A stretch of 64,000 bases of DNA, taken from the NCBI GenBank assembly GCA_037445065.1, contig JBBILD010000010.1, positions 1 through 64,000 of the forward strand, written 5' to 3'. The notes under the pieces were generated by a model that was given only the letters and a program-made list of their open reading frames with translations, searched no databases and was not told where the DNA came from. Every line of letters starts with the position of its first letter. The first letter of the stretch is position 1. The translations under genes were made by a program, and so were the position numbers. Of the stretch, positions 63,534 through 64,000 are shown piece by piece. The DNA is from Myxococcales bacterium (GTDB taxonomy: Bacteria; Desulfobacterota; Binatia; HRBIN30).

Positions 63534-64000
63534 ATGACTGTCCGAACCGCGTGTACCGTGCTTGGCACCGCTGGATTGCTGTTCGCCTGTGGCGCGCCGA
63601 GTTTTGCCGACGAGGTGGTCGCCAAGGTGGGCTCGACAAGCATCACCCGAGCGCAGTTGGAGAAGCACGTAAAGGCCAAGCTCATCCAGCTCGATCAGCA
63701 ACGATTCCAAATTTTACAGGAGGGTCTGGAGGAACTCATCGCCAACGAGCTGTACGAGCAGGAGGCCAAAGCGCGCGGGCTCTCGCTCGAGGCCCTAGTG
63801 AAGCAAGAGTTGGAGGGGAAAGTCCCCGCCCCGAGCGAAGAAGAGCTGCAAAAGCTTTACGACGACAACAAGGAGGACCTCGAAGGGCAAACCCTAGAAC
63901 AACTCAGGCCGCAGCTTACCGAGTATCTCCGCCAGCAGAAGCTCAGTGAACGGCATCAGGCGTTCCTGAATGAACTCAAGAAGAAGTACAAGACTTCCGT
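63534..64000 (+). CDS. Exported SurA-N-like protein (partial; homologues often continue into a DsbA/thioredoxin domain)
   Basis: Not in the ORF track. AAGGAG RBS, ATG 63534, MTVRTACTVLGTAGLLFACGAPSFA-DEVVAKVGSTSITRAQLE...; open to the window edge. Confidence 0.75.
   Translation, partial: MTVRTACTVLGTAGLLFACGAPSFADEVVAKVGSTSITRAQLEKHVKAKLIQLDQQRFQILQEGLEELIANELYEQEAKARGLSLEALVKQELEGKVPAPSEEELQKLYDDNKEDLEGQTLEQLRPQLTEYLRQQKLSERHQAFLNELKKKYKTS

Overview
GC-rich bacterial chromosomal window. The lineage is inferred, not proven, to be Candidatus Binatia/Binatota, based on secreted proteins with 'CxGDCxxDxxVTxDE' dockerin-like tags, Pro/Thr linkers, Cys-rich helical repeats and an F420-type LLM. 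It holds about 50 genes: housekeeping (tRNA-Lys, tRNA-Glu, glnS, clpS-clpA, proA-nadD-rsfS, yhbY, sufT), acyl-CoA/lipid catabolism, aguB-aguA, cstA, three L,D-transpeptidases and several secreted hydrolases. Main highlight: a complete five-gene Tat-exported type II DMSO-reductase-family operon (44428-52291) whose alpha and beta subunits carry signatures of the periplasmic NXR/pNAR lineage, with a soluble heme-b gamma subunit, a chaperone and an outer-membrane porin. Second highlight: beside tRNA-Glu, a dockerin-tagged MbnP-family copper protein with no MbnH in the window, paired with a frameshifted HxH-domain/dockerin/CX4CH-cytochrome gene. Also present are a near-perfect CRP box over the start codon of a Crp/Fnr regulator and a decayed DUF429-like gene. 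No CRISPR array, rRNA, integrase or transposase was seen. All family calls come from motif recognition by eye; no database searches were run.
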